64,000 nt of DNA from Pseudomonadota bacterium. Lineage in GTDB: Bacteria > Pseudomonadota > Gammaproteobacteria > Burkholderiales > JBEEJL01. Location of the stretch: positions 1,368 through 65,367 of the forward strand of contig JAYTVC010000045.1 of assembly GCA_043744215.1 (NCBI GenBank), given 5' to 3'. The notes under the pieces were generated by a model. The model was given only the letters and a program-made list of their open reading frames with translations, searched no databases and was not told the origin of the DNA. This document shows, piece by piece, positions 29,160 through 38,281 of the stretch (positions are counted from its first letter, which is position 1; the number at the start of each line of letters is the position of its first letter). The translations under genes were made by a program, and so were the position numbers.

Positions 29160-29248
29160 CTATCGCGCTTCTCTGACAGGAAAAATTCAATATGCTTATC
29201 AGCATACTAGCGCGATAGACGTGATAGCGCCAGCACGGGTGCTAGTAG

Positions 29249-29821
29249 CTAGTGGCTGCCGAGCAAATCCTTTTTCAAGCTTTCCTGCACCGGGCTGTCG
29301 CCGAGCCAGATTTTCAACAGCGCCTTGTTGAAATCTTCGCCGGGAATCGTCCCCTTGGTCTGGCCGTTGAGTTGCACGCGGGTGCCAGTGCCAGGAATGT
29401 AATCGAGGCTCACCAGATTGCCAGGCGATGCTTTGCCGACACTGGTCATAATGTTGTCAAAATCTTTCAGCCGCGCATCCAAAGTGGCTAGATCGGCGGG
29501 CGAATTATTCGCCTTGAGGCCATCGTTCAGCGCGCCTAACAATTGTTCGGATGACAACTCGCGCTTGATATGTAAAGCCATGCGCTTGGGGCCGGCATCA
29601 TTTAGCACCGCTTCGGCGCTAGATTTTTTTTCACTTGTATAAAGCGCCGCTACATACACTTTGAACAGCAGGCGTTTGCGCAGGCCGGCGCCGTTGAGCA
29701 CTAGTTCGCTCTCTCCTACTTTGGCTTTTTCGGCCACATTCACGTCGGCCACTTCAAACGCTTGTGCGCTGCCAAAACCGAACGTGGACAACAACAGCAA
29801 TAACGACATCAGTTTTTTCAT
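29249..29821 (-). CDS. secreted chalcone-isomerase-like (CHI-fold) family protein
   Basis: Signal peptide (…FGFGSAQA). The block LVLNGAGLRKRLLFKVYVAALY is typical of the bacterial CHI-like family as I recall it. Confidence 0.65.
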   Translation of the reverse strand: MKKLMSLLLLLSTFGFGSAQAFEVADVNVAEKAKVGESELVLNGAGLRKRLLFKVYVAALYTSEKKSSAEAVLNDAGPKRMALHIKRELSSEQLLGALNDGLKANNSPADLATLDARLKDFDNIMTSVGKASPGNLVSLDYIPGTGTRVQLNGQTKGTIPGEDFNKALLKIWLGDSPVQESLKKDLLGSH

Positions 29822-29848
29822 TTCCCCTCCGAAAATTTAATTACTCCA

Positions 29849-31051
29849 TTACATCGCCTCAAAAATACCCGCTGCACCCATGCCTGTTCCGATACACATG
29901 GTCACCATGCCGTACTTCTGTTTGCTGCGCTTTAAACCGTGCACCACTGTTGCGGCGCGCACCGCGCCCGTCGCACCAAGCGGATGACCCAGAGCGATCG
30001 CGCCGCCCAAGGGGTTAATCACGGCAGGATTCATGTCCAACTCCTGCATCACCGCCAATGATTGCGCGGCGAAGGCTTCGTTCAATTCGATCCAACCCAT
30101 GTCGGCTAATTTTAATCCCGTTTGCGCCAGCACTTTGGGAATTGCCGCGGCGGGCCCGATGCCCATGATTTCCGGTGGCACACCAGCCACCGAGAAGCCG
30201 ACAAATTTTGCCAAGGGAATCAAACCATATTGCTTCAACGCTTTTTCGCTCACCAGGATGACCGCACCGGCACCGTCGGAGGTTTGCGAACTGTTGCCGG
30301 CGGTGACACTGCCCTTGGTCGCGAACACAGGCCGCAGTTTTGCCAAACCTTCAATGCTCGATTCAGGCCGCGGGCCTTCGTCTTTATCGGCCATGCGTTT
30401 TTTATGCACGATTTGACCGCTGGCCAAATCGGGCAAGGCCTCGTCAATTTCGTAAGGGAGAATTTCATCCTTGAACGCGCCTGATGTTGTCGCGGCCACG
30501 GCCTTTTTGTGGCTGGCCAGCGCAAATTCATCCTGCGCCTCGCGCGACACTTTCCATTTCTCGGCGACTTTTTCCGCCGTGAGGCCCATGCCATAAGCGA
30601 TGCCGTAATCTTCTTCTTTCGCAAACACCGAATGGTTAATCGCCATCTTGTGTCCGCCCATGGGAATCAGGCTCATGGTCTCGGTGCCCGCGGCAATCAT
30701 CACGTCTTCCGCGCCGGTGCGAATGCGATCCGCGGCCATGGCAATCGCCGTTAATCCCGATGCGCAAAAACGATTCACCGTCACGCCGGGAATCGTATTG
30801 GGCAGCCCGGCCAGCAACACGCCTATGCGTGCCACATTCATGCCCTGCTCGGCTTCGGGAATGGCGCACCCGACAATCACGTCGCCGATGGATTTCGGAT
30901 CCAGGCTTGGCACTTTTGCCAGCGCACCGCGCAGCACGAACGCCAGCAAATCGTCAGGGCGTGTGTTGCGGAACATGCCGCGCGGCGCTTTGCCAACGGG
31001 TGTGCGCACCGCGGCAACAATGTAGGCGTCTTGCATTTGTTTGCTCATCAT
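29849..31051 (-). CDS. acetyl-CoA C-acyltransferase (3-ketoacyl-CoA thiolase)
   Basis: Active-site Cys block VNRFCASGL and C-terminal thiolase signature (GLKRSKQKYGMVTMCIGTGMGAAGIFE). GGAG SD upstream. Confidence 0.92.
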   Translation of the reverse strand: MMSKQMQDAYIVAAVRTPVGKAPRGMFRNTRPDDLLAFVLRGALAKVPSLDPKSIGDVIVGCAIPEAEQGMNVARIGVLLAGLPNTIPGVTVNRFCASGLTAIAMAADRIRTGAEDVMIAAGTETMSLIPMGGHKMAINHSVFAKEEDYGIAYGMGLTAEKVAEKWKVSREAQDEFALASHKKAVAATTSGAFKDEILPYEIDEALPDLASGQIVHKKRMADKDEGPRPESSIEGLAKLRPVFATKGSVTAGNSSQTSDGAGAVILVSEKALKQYGLIPLAKFVGFSVAGVPPEIMGIGPAAAIPKVLAQTGLKLADMGWIELNEAFAAQSLAVMQELDMNPAVINPLGGAIALGHPLGATGAVRAATVVHGLKRSKQKYGMVTMCIGTGMGAAGIFEAM

Positions 31052-31070
31052 GATTCTCCAGTAAGTTCAG

Positions 31071-31105
31071 GATCGAGTATTGAGAATTGAGGACCGAGGA
31101 TTGAG
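31071..31105. repeat. 7-nt tandem repeat x5 (GATCGAG TATTGAG AATTGAG GACCGAG GATTGAG)
   Basis: Read directly from the sequence. It lies in the 95-nt spacer between the FadN-type gene and the thiolase gene. Confidence 0.85.
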
Positions 31106-31146
31106 TTAACCCAAACCCTTTACGCCTCACGCGTAACGCTTCAGCC

Positions 31147-33525
31147 TCAATTTCTCAAAGGCTTGCCCGACTCCAGCATCGCGCCAATACGCGCCTGCGT
31201 CTTCGGGTTTTTGCCCAGCTCTATAAAATATTGTCGTTCCATATCGAGCAGCCATTTTTCGTTCACCGTGCTGCCGCCTTCGACTTCGCCGCCACACATC
31301 GTCTCGGCGATATGGCAGGAAATCAAAAAGTCGTGGTCGGAAATAAAGCTGCCATCGCGCATATTGACCAACATCATCTTGATGGTACCGAGCCCCGTTT
31401 TGCCGACAACGCGAATCTCGTTCGCAGGCAATGGCGGACGATAACCGCTCTCTGCCAATGCGCGCGCCTGTTGTTTGGCGATGTACAGCAGTTCATTGGC
31501 GTTCATGACAATCACATCGCTGTCGCGCAGGAAGCCCATGTCGCGCGCCATCTCGGCGCTTTTAGATACTTCTCCCATGGCGAGATTTTTGAAATAGGCC
31601 GAAAGGAAAGGCAGAATTTCGCCGCCCTTGGATTCTTTCGCCGCGCGCATGGCCATTTCTTTGCAACCGCCACCTGCGGGCAACAGGCCGACGCCGACTT
31701 CGACGAGGCCCATATAGGTTTCCATCGTCGCCACCGCACGGTCACAATGCATGGGGAATTCGCATCCCCCGCCGAGAGCCATGCCATCGACTGCCGCCAC
31801 GGTCGGTATCAGCGAGTAACGCAAACGCTGGCTGGTCTGTTGAAATTTTTCAACGACTTTTTCGATCACTTCAAAACCTGCGCCGGCCATCAACGCATCT
31901 ACCGCTTTAGACAAATCCGCGCCCACGCTGAACGGCGGTTCCGGTTGCCAGATGACTAACGCGCTATAATTTTTCTCTGCTAAATCAATGGCTTGCAAAA
32001 GGCCGTCTAGCACGTCTTCACTCACCGCGTGCATCTTGCTTTTGAAACTCACAATCGCAATATCGTCGCCCGTGTGCCACATGCGCACGCCGTCGTTCTC
32101 AAAAATCGTGGTACCGGGATTCGCTTGTTCGGTGAGAACCGTTTCAGGATACAACTGGCGTTGGTAAACGGCGAGCGACGAGCGCGGCTGATTATTTTTT
32201 GTCGCTGGCGAATACGAACCCGTTGGCGTATGCACACCCGTGCGCCCCGCTTCCATCACCCAGGCGGGCAACGGCGTGTTGCTCATGGATTTGCCCGCAG
32301 CAATATCTTCAGCCACCCACTTCGCCACTTGCTCCCAACCCGCCGCTTGCCAGGTCTCGAACGGGCCAAGCTTGTAACTGAAGCCCCAACGAATCGCGAG
32401 GTCGAGATCGCGGGCGTTGTTGGCAATGCTTTCCAAATGTACTGAAGCGTAATGAAATAAATCGCGGAAGCACGACCACAAAAATTGCGCCTGCGGATTA
32501 GTGCTTTCGCGCAGCAATTTCAATTTCTCGCCAGGGTTTTTATTCTTAAGAATTTTTTTCACATCATCGGCGGCAGCGCCTGTTGATGGGCGATAATCCT
32601 GTTTCGCCACATCAAGCACCATGATGTCTTTGCCCACCTTGGTAAAAAATCCCGCTTTAGTTTTCGCACCCAGCGCGCCTTTGGCGATCAACGCGGAAAG
32701 GTACGTCGGCGCGGTGTAATATTTGTGCCACGGGTCATTGGGCAAGGTGTCCTGCATGGTTTTGATGACGTGCGCCATGGTATCCAAACCGACAACGTCG
32801 GCGGTGCGAAAGGTCGCGCTTTTTGGCCGGCCAATCAGCGGGCCGGTGAGCGCATCCACTTCATCGAAACCCAAATTGAATTTGCCCGCGTGATGCATGG
32901 TGGCCAGCATGGAAAAAATGCCGACGCGGTTGGCAATAAAGTTGGGCGTGTCTTTGGCACGGATAACGCCCTTGCCTAAAGCTGTGGTCAAAAATGTTTC
33001 GAGATCGTCGAGAATATGCGCATCGGTGCTGGGTGTGGCAATCAACTCCACCAGTTTCATATAACGTGGCGGGTTGAAAAAATGAATGCCGCAAAAGCGT
33101 TTTTTGAAACTGTCGGGCATCACTTCGGATAATTTGGTAATCGACAACCCGGAAGTATTCGACGCAAAAATGGCATGGTCGTTCAGGTGTGGTGCGACTT
33201 TCCGATAAAGATCATGCTTCCAATCCATCCGCTCGGAAATGGCTTCGATAATCAGATCGCACTCTTTCAGCAGCGGCAAATGCTGATCGTAATTGGCCGC
33301 CTGAATAAAAGTCGCGCGGGATTTTAATGACAGCGGAGCCGGATCAATTTTGGCCAGATTATCAATGGCTTTTTTAATCACGCCGTCCTTGTCGCCTTCT
33401 TTTGCTGGCAGGTCAAACAAAATCGCTTCCACATTGGCATTCACCAAGTGTGCCGCAATCTGCGCGCCCATCACGCCGGCGCCTAGCACGGCCACCTTGC
33501 GCACGATAAAATTTTTATGTTCCAT
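31147..33525 (-). CDS. bifunctional 3-hydroxyacyl-CoA dehydrogenase / enoyl-CoA hydratase (FadN-type domain order)
   Basis: N-terminal NAD-binding VAVLGAGVMGAQIAAH, then the dehydrogenase C-terminal domain, then a C-terminal crotonase-fold region (AAVDGMALGGGCEF). 792 aa. Confidence 0.9.
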   Translation of the reverse strand: MEHKNFIVRKVAVLGAGVMGAQIAAHLVNANVEAILFDLPAKEGDKDGVIKKAIDNLAKIDPAPLSLKSRATFIQAANYDQHLPLLKECDLIIEAISERMDWKHDLYRKVAPHLNDHAIFASNTSGLSITKLSEVMPDSFKKRFCGIHFFNPPRYMKLVELIATPSTDAHILDDLETFLTTALGKGVIRAKDTPNFIANRVGIFSMLATMHHAGKFNLGFDEVDALTGPLIGRPKSATFRTADVVGLDTMAHVIKTMQDTLPNDPWHKYYTAPTYLSALIAKGALGAKTKAGFFTKVGKDIMVLDVAKQDYRPSTGAAADDVKKILKNKNPGEKLKLLRESTNPQAQFLWSCFRDLFHYASVHLESIANNARDLDLAIRWGFSYKLGPFETWQAAGWEQVAKWVAEDIAAGKSMSNTPLPAWVMEAGRTGVHTPTGSYSPATKNNQPRSSLAVYQRQLYPETVLTEQANPGTTIFENDGVRMWHTGDDIAIVSFKSKMHAVSEDVLDGLLQAIDLAEKNYSALVIWQPEPPFSVGADLSKAVDALMAGAGFEVIEKVVEKFQQTSQRLRYSLIPTVAAVDGMALGGGCEFPMHCDRAVATMETYMGLVEVGVGLLPAGGGCKEMAMRAAKESKGGEILPFLSAYFKNLAMGEVSKSAEMARDMGFLRDSDVIVMNANELLYIAKQQARALAESGYRPPLPANEIRVVGKTGLGTIKMMLVNMRDGSFISDHDFLISCHIAETMCGGEVEGGSTVNEKWLLDMERQYFIELGKNPKTQARIGAMLESGKPLRN

Positions 33526-33554
33526 GATGATTCCCTTGAAAAAGTATGCTTTGC

Positions 33555-33956
33555 TTAGTCTGCGACCGGCACTTCACGAGGCTGCAACTTGTCATCCAAT
33601 GCGACAAATGTGAGCGTCGCCTCGGTCACCTTTGCCACTTCAAGCAATTGTTTTTTCGAGCGCTGCGCATAGACTTCCACATTCACGCTGATGGACGTTC
33701 TGCCAACCTTGACGACTTCGGCATAAAAGCTCACCAAGTCGCCGACAAAAATCGGATGTTTGAAGGTGAACGAATTTACCGCCACGGTCGCCACGCGGCC
33801 CCGCGCGCGCTGAATGGCGGGAATGCTGGCGGCGAGATCCACTTGAGACATCACCCAGCCCCCGAAAATATTACCCAGTACATTGGTGTCGGAGGGCATG
33901 GTGACCACGCGCAATGTGGGCTGTTTGTCCGGCAATTGTATGAGGGGTAAATTCAT
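33555..33956 (-). CDS. acyl-CoA thioesterase (hotdog fold, YciA-like)
   Basis: TMPSDTNVLGNIFGGWVMSQVDLAA aligns with the YciA N-terminus as I recall it. I trimmed the start to ATG 33956, but no clear SD is present, so the start is uncertain. Confidence 0.75.
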   Translation of the reverse strand: MNLPLIQLPDKQPTLRVVTMPSDTNVLGNIFGGWVMSQVDLAASIPAIQRARGRVATVAVNSFTFKHPIFVGDLVSFYAEVVKVGRTSISVNVEVYAQRSKKQLLEVAKVTEATLTFVALDDKLQPREVPVAD

Positions 33957-34067
33957 TGGAGGAATCACTAAAAATAATTGAATTAAATCAATCGTTAAGA
34001 ATAGCAGAAATAGAACGGCTGTCCGAATGAAAATCACCATGTTTCAAACATGACTGGCCAAACTTAC

Positions 34068-35852
34068 TCAGCGATCATCATAGATGGAATGAATCTGCTG
34101 CGCCCGGCTCGCCACCACCTGCGGGCGGCGGATTTTCAAGGTTGGCGTCATCAAACCGTTATCAATACTCCATGGTTCAAAACTGAAAATGCCGCGCCGG
34201 ATTTGCGCATAGCCGGGAAAAGATTTGATTTGCGCCGCCACGCGCCTGAGGATCAATTTTTCCGCTGCTGAATTTTCCAGTTCATCGGGATTGAGATGGG
34301 CTTCTTCCGCAACGCGTTTCCATTCATCGCGGTTCAGCACGCCGATCATGGCAAGAAACGCCTTGCCTTCGCCGATGACCATCACTTGTTCGAACACGCG
34401 GTCGCGCATGATGGACATTTCCATATCTCCCGGCGGTACTTTTTCGCCGTTGGAAAGCACAATAATATCTTTGGCGCGGCCGGTGATGGTGATGTGGCCG
34501 CCCGAATCAATGTTCACCACGTCGCCGGTTTTGAGCCAGCCGTCATCGGTGAAAATCGCCTTGGTCGCGTCGGCATGTTTCCAATAACCCTGCATGACAC
34601 TAGGGCCTTTGACCTGCAATTCATCGCCCAAACCCAAGCGTGTTTGCACATTGGGCAGCGCGCGGCCTACGCTGCTGGGCAGATTATCTTCAAGCGTATT
34701 GGCGGCAATCACGGGGCTGCTCTCGGTCAACCCATAGCCTTGCAAAATAGGAATGCCTAGGGCGATAAACCATTTCGCCGCTTGCGGCGGCAGTGCCGCA
34801 CCGCCGCTCACCGCGAAGCGCAAACGCCCGCCGAAACGATCACGCACTTTTGCGGCGACCAGTTTATCGAGCAGCGGCCACAACAAGAACGAGGGCTTCC
34901 ACGGCCCGCGCTTTTGTTGCCACTCAAACCGCGACCAGCCGGTTTCCACCGTGAAATCAAATATTTTTTGCTCAAGCGCGGGGCGCGATAGCAACTGGGT
35001 TTTGATTTTGGCGAGAATCAATTCAAATATGCGCGGCACCGCAATCAGCACCGTCGGTTTTTCATTGAGCAAATCATCGGCCAATACTTGTACCGAGCGG
35101 GCGTAAGTGGTTTTCACGCCCGTCGCCACCACCAGATAATAACCGGCTGTGCGCTCAAAAGTGTGCGACAACGGCAGGAAAGAAAGTATTTCGTCGCCAT
35201 CATGCACATCAATATACTTTAATGAACCTTCCACATTCGCCAGCATATTTTTGTGTGTCAGCATCACGCCCTTGGGTTTGCCCGTGGTGCCGGAAGTATA
35301 GACAATCGACGCCAATTGATGGCCGTCGTTGTTGAGATGCTGCGGCGTATTGCCCGTGGCGGGAAGCCAGTCATCCATGGCAACTACACGACGGTCAGCG
35401 ATGGGTTTTTCGCCGGGGCGCACCATCACCACTCGCGACAAGCCGGGAACAGCGTCGGGCAATGCTGCAAGCTGATTCCATTGCTCCGGCGTTTCCAGCA
35501 ACAAAATCCTCGCTCCGGAATCGCCCAAAATATAGGCAACGTTCTCCGGCCTATCCACCACATACAGCGGCACCGTAACCAAACCCAAACCCATCGCCGC
35601 CTGGTCGAACAGCACCCACTCAATACTATTACGCAACATGATCGCCACACGGTCGCCGGGTTCAAGATTTTCTTTTTTCAGCGCCGTCTGCCAACGGCCG
35701 ATTTCCGCATACATTTGCTCCCACGTAAACTCACGTCGCTGATTGGTTTTGGGAACAAAATCCGCATGGGAGACTTGTCCCGGTGTGCGTATCGCGCGTT
35801 CGCGGAATAGGGCGTCGAGGGTAGGAATTTCTGCAAGATGGATGGCTGACAT
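34068..35852 (-). CDS. AMP-dependent long-chain-fatty-acid--CoA ligase
   Basis: AMP-binding motif YTSGTTGKPKGV and a TGD block (WLKTGDVV). 594 aa. Confidence 0.9.
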   Translation of the reverse strand: MSAIHLAEIPTLDALFRERAIRTPGQVSHADFVPKTNQRREFTWEQMYAEIGRWQTALKKENLEPGDRVAIMLRNSIEWVLFDQAAMGLGLVTVPLYVVDRPENVAYILGDSGARILLLETPEQWNQLAALPDAVPGLSRVVMVRPGEKPIADRRVVAMDDWLPATGNTPQHLNNDGHQLASIVYTSGTTGKPKGVMLTHKNMLANVEGSLKYIDVHDGDEILSFLPLSHTFERTAGYYLVVATGVKTTYARSVQVLADDLLNEKPTVLIAVPRIFELILAKIKTQLLSRPALEQKIFDFTVETGWSRFEWQQKRGPWKPSFLLWPLLDKLVAAKVRDRFGGRLRFAVSGGAALPPQAAKWFIALGIPILQGYGLTESSPVIAANTLEDNLPSSVGRALPNVQTRLGLGDELQVKGPSVMQGYWKHADATKAIFTDDGWLKTGDVVNIDSGGHITITGRAKDIIVLSNGEKVPPGDMEMSIMRDRVFEQVMVIGEGKAFLAMIGVLNRDEWKRVAEEAHLNPDELENSAAEKLILRRVAAQIKSFPGYAQIRRGIFSFEPWSIDNGLMTPTLKIRRPQVVASRAQQIHSIYDDR

Positions 35853-36065
35853 TATTGCTCCCTGAAAATACTCGCGATTATCACTGGCCTCTATTCGGCA
35901 GAAGTATTAGACAGATGCGCGTTGGGCCGGACACCCATCCCTCCCGTCCTTCTGCTTTCGCGAAGGCAGGCTGTAACCCGCCCTCAGAAATGGAGGGAAT
36001 TTTTCTGCGACCTTGATCGTGCGCGTTCGGCTACTGGAAATAATTGATTGACTTTATATTGCAGC

Positions 36066-37535
36066 CTACATTAACACCACATCATAATTCTCCTGCGTGT
36101 AGGCACTCTCAACCTGCAATGAAATCGGTTTGCCGATGAAATCCGACAGCATGGTGAGATTCTGCGCTTCTTCATCCAGAAAACGGTCGATGACTTTTTG
36201 CGAAGCGAGGATGCGATATTCTTTGGTGTCGAATTGCCGGGCGGAGCGAAGGAGTTCGCGCAGAATTTCGTAGCAAATGGTTTGTGGTGTTTTGAGCTGG
36301 CCACGGCCAGCGCAAGTCTCGCATGGTTCACATAGAATATGCGCCAAAGATTCGCGCGTGCGCTTGCGCGTCATCTCCAGCAAACCCAGCGATGAGAAAC
36401 CGTTGAGGGTAATGCGCGTGCGGTCGCGCGACAAAGCCTTGTTGAATTCTGCCAACACGGATTCCTTATGCGGTTCGTTATCCATATCGATAAAATCGAC
36501 GATGATAATGCCGCCCAGATTGCGCAAACGTAGTTGACGCGCGATGGTTTGCGCGGCTTCGAGATTGGTTTTGTAAATGGTGTCGTCGAAATTGCGGCCG
36601 CCGACGAAGCCGCCGGTGTTCACGTCCACCGTGGTCATCGCTTCCGTCTGGTCGATGATGATGTAGCCGCCTGATTTCAAATCGACGCGCTTGGCCAGCG
36701 CCCGTTCGATTTCCTCTTCGACGCCAAACAAATCAAACAGTGGGCGTTCGCCCTGGTAATGCTCCAGCACTTTGAACGCCTGCTGGGTATATTTTTGCGC
36801 GAACTCGCTGAGCTTCTGAAAAGTCTCTCGCGAATCGACGATGATGCGTTCGGTTTCGGCATGGACAAAATCGCGTAATACGCGCTGGCTCAAATTCAAA
36901 TCCTGATACAGCAAAGTTTCCAGCGCAGCAGTCTTGGCGGCTTCTTTGGTGCCATTCCACAACTTGCGCAGGTATTCGACGTCGGCGGCGAGCTCGTCGT
37001 CGCTCGCGGTTTCGGCCACGGTGCGCACTATGAAACCGCCGGTTTCTTCAGCGGGAATCAAATGCTGCAACTTTTGCCGCAAAACTTCCCGTTCCGCTTC
37101 GTCTTCAATGCGCTGCGAAATGCCGATATGTGCTTCTTGCGGCAAGTAAACGAGAAAGCGGCCGGCAATGCCAATTTGCGTCGACAAGCGCGCGCCCTTG
37201 CTGCCGAGCGGATCTTTGATGACTTGCACCAGGATCGACTGGCCTTCGGACAATATTTTTTCGATGGGTTTTAATTCGACAGGTTTTGCATTCTCGCCGT
37301 TTTCTCGCGGCACCCAGATATCCGCCACATGTAAAAACGCTGCGCGCGACAAACCCACGTCGATGAACGCCGATTGCATGCCGGGCAATACGCGCGCCAC
37401 TTTGCCCAGATAAACATTGCCAACCAGGCCGCGGCTTGACGCGCGTTCGACGTGCAGTTCCTGCGCGACGCCTTGCAGCATGACCGCCACGCGGGTTTCC
37501 TGCGGCGTAACGTTGATAAGAATCTGCTCGTTCAT
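36066..37535 (-). CDS. rng: ribonuclease G
   Basis: 489 aa. N-terminal S1-like domain (GNVYLGKVARVLPGMQSAFIDVG) and an RNase E/G catalytic domain. Conserved position next to maf. Confidence 0.92.
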   Translation of the reverse strand: MNEQILINVTPQETRVAVMLQGVAQELHVERASSRGLVGNVYLGKVARVLPGMQSAFIDVGLSRAAFLHVADIWVPRENGENAKPVELKPIEKILSEGQSILVQVIKDPLGSKGARLSTQIGIAGRFLVYLPQEAHIGISQRIEDEAEREVLRQKLQHLIPAEETGGFIVRTVAETASDDELAADVEYLRKLWNGTKEAAKTAALETLLYQDLNLSQRVLRDFVHAETERIIVDSRETFQKLSEFAQKYTQQAFKVLEHYQGERPLFDLFGVEEEIERALAKRVDLKSGGYIIIDQTEAMTTVDVNTGGFVGGRNFDDTIYKTNLEAAQTIARQLRLRNLGGIIIVDFIDMDNEPHKESVLAEFNKALSRDRTRITLNGFSSLGLLEMTRKRTRESLAHILCEPCETCAGRGQLKTPQTICYEILRELLRSARQFDTKEYRILASQKVIDRFLDEEAQNLTMLSDFIGKPISLQVESAYTQENYDVVLM

Positions 37536-37560
37536 GGTTTATTATTTTTCCGGAAAATTT

Positions 37561-38178
37561 TTATCGGCCTGCGCCGAATTGCCTGATAAGCACCGACGTC
37601 TCATACAAGGGCAAACCCACCACGCCGGAATAGCTGCCTTCAAGCCGCGCAACAAATGCGCCGGCGCGGCCCTGAATGGCATAACCGCCGGCCTTGTCGG
37701 ATGATTCGCCCGATGCGACATAGGCTTTGATGTCTTCGTCCGTGAGCGCGCAAAACGTCACGCGGCTTGATGATAAGGCGACCTCGATACGGTTGCCGTC
37801 GGTCATCGCGATGGCCGTATGTACGTCGTGTGATGTGCCCGCGAGCGAACGAACCATGCCCATTGCTTCGGCGGCATCCGCCGGCTTGCCCAAAATTTTT
37901 CCATCAAGCGCAACCGTGGTATCTGCCGACAAAATATTATGCCAAGGCAAACTGCGCTCCATCAGCAACCGCGCAGCGAGCACGACTTTTGCACGCGCGA
38001 TGCGCTGCACATAAACATCGGGTTGCTCATCCGCGAGCGGCGTTTCATCGACATCCGGTTGGCGTGGCGCTTGTTCGCGAAACAACAACAGCTCAAACGA
38101 CACGCCGATTTGTTTCAGCAATTCGCGCCGACGCGGGCTGCGCGACGCAAGATAAATCCGCTGCGACATTTTCGCCAT
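37561..38178 (-). CDS. maf: Maf-family nucleoside triphosphate pyrophosphatase
   Basis: LASRSPRRRELL N-terminal motif. The start is uncertain (38169, 38178 or 38232). The shorter forms match the usual Maf N-terminus. Confidence 0.85.
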   Translation of the reverse strand: MAKMSQRIYLASRSPRRRELLKQIGVSFELLLFREQAPRQPDVDETPLADEQPDVYVQRIARAKVVLAARLLMERSLPWHNILSADTTVALDGKILGKPADAAEAMGMVRSLAGTSHDVHTAIAMTDGNRIEVALSSSRVTFCALTDEDIKAYVASGESSDKAGGYAIQGRAGAFVARLEGSYSGVVGLPLYETSVLIRQFGAGR

Positions 38179-38231
38179 GCCTGCTTTTGAGCTGACATAG
38201 GTCTTCAAGGGACTATCGGAAGGGTGTTCCA

Positions 38232-38254
38232 TAAGTATTTGATTATATTGAATA
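38232..38254 (+). repeat. AT-rich motif copy A (TAAGTATTTGATTATATTGAATA)
   Basis: The 19-mer TATTTGATTATATTGAATA (38236-38254) is identical to the reverse complement of 54289-54307. Confidence 0.85.
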
Positions 38255-38271
38255 TTTTAAGGTTTTCTCAA
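38242..38271 (-). promoter_or_regulatory. candidate sigma70 promoter for maf-rng
   Basis: On the minus strand, TTGAGA (38266-38271), an 18-nt spacer, then TATAAT (38242-38247). It lies between the rlmH stop and maf. Confidence 0.35.
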
Positions 38272-38281
38272 CGCTTGTGAT

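Noticed and set aside
33957-34040. A hydrophobic 28-aa extension of the thioesterase ORF, considered as a possible membrane anchor.
   Set aside because: The underlying DNA is AT-rich and looks like spacer. The YciA-type alignment starts at the internal ATG (33956). The start remains uncertain because neither candidate has a good SD.
35935-36015. GC-rich hairpins (CCCTCC...GGAGGG, CCCTC-agaaatg-GAGGG followed by AATTTTT) between rng and the acyl-CoA ligase gene, considered as a terminator or repeat element.
   Set aside because: The T-tract is on the plus strand, where no gene ends. On the minus strand, where rng ends, no U-tract follows. The stems are short (5-6 bp) and no second copy was seen in the window.
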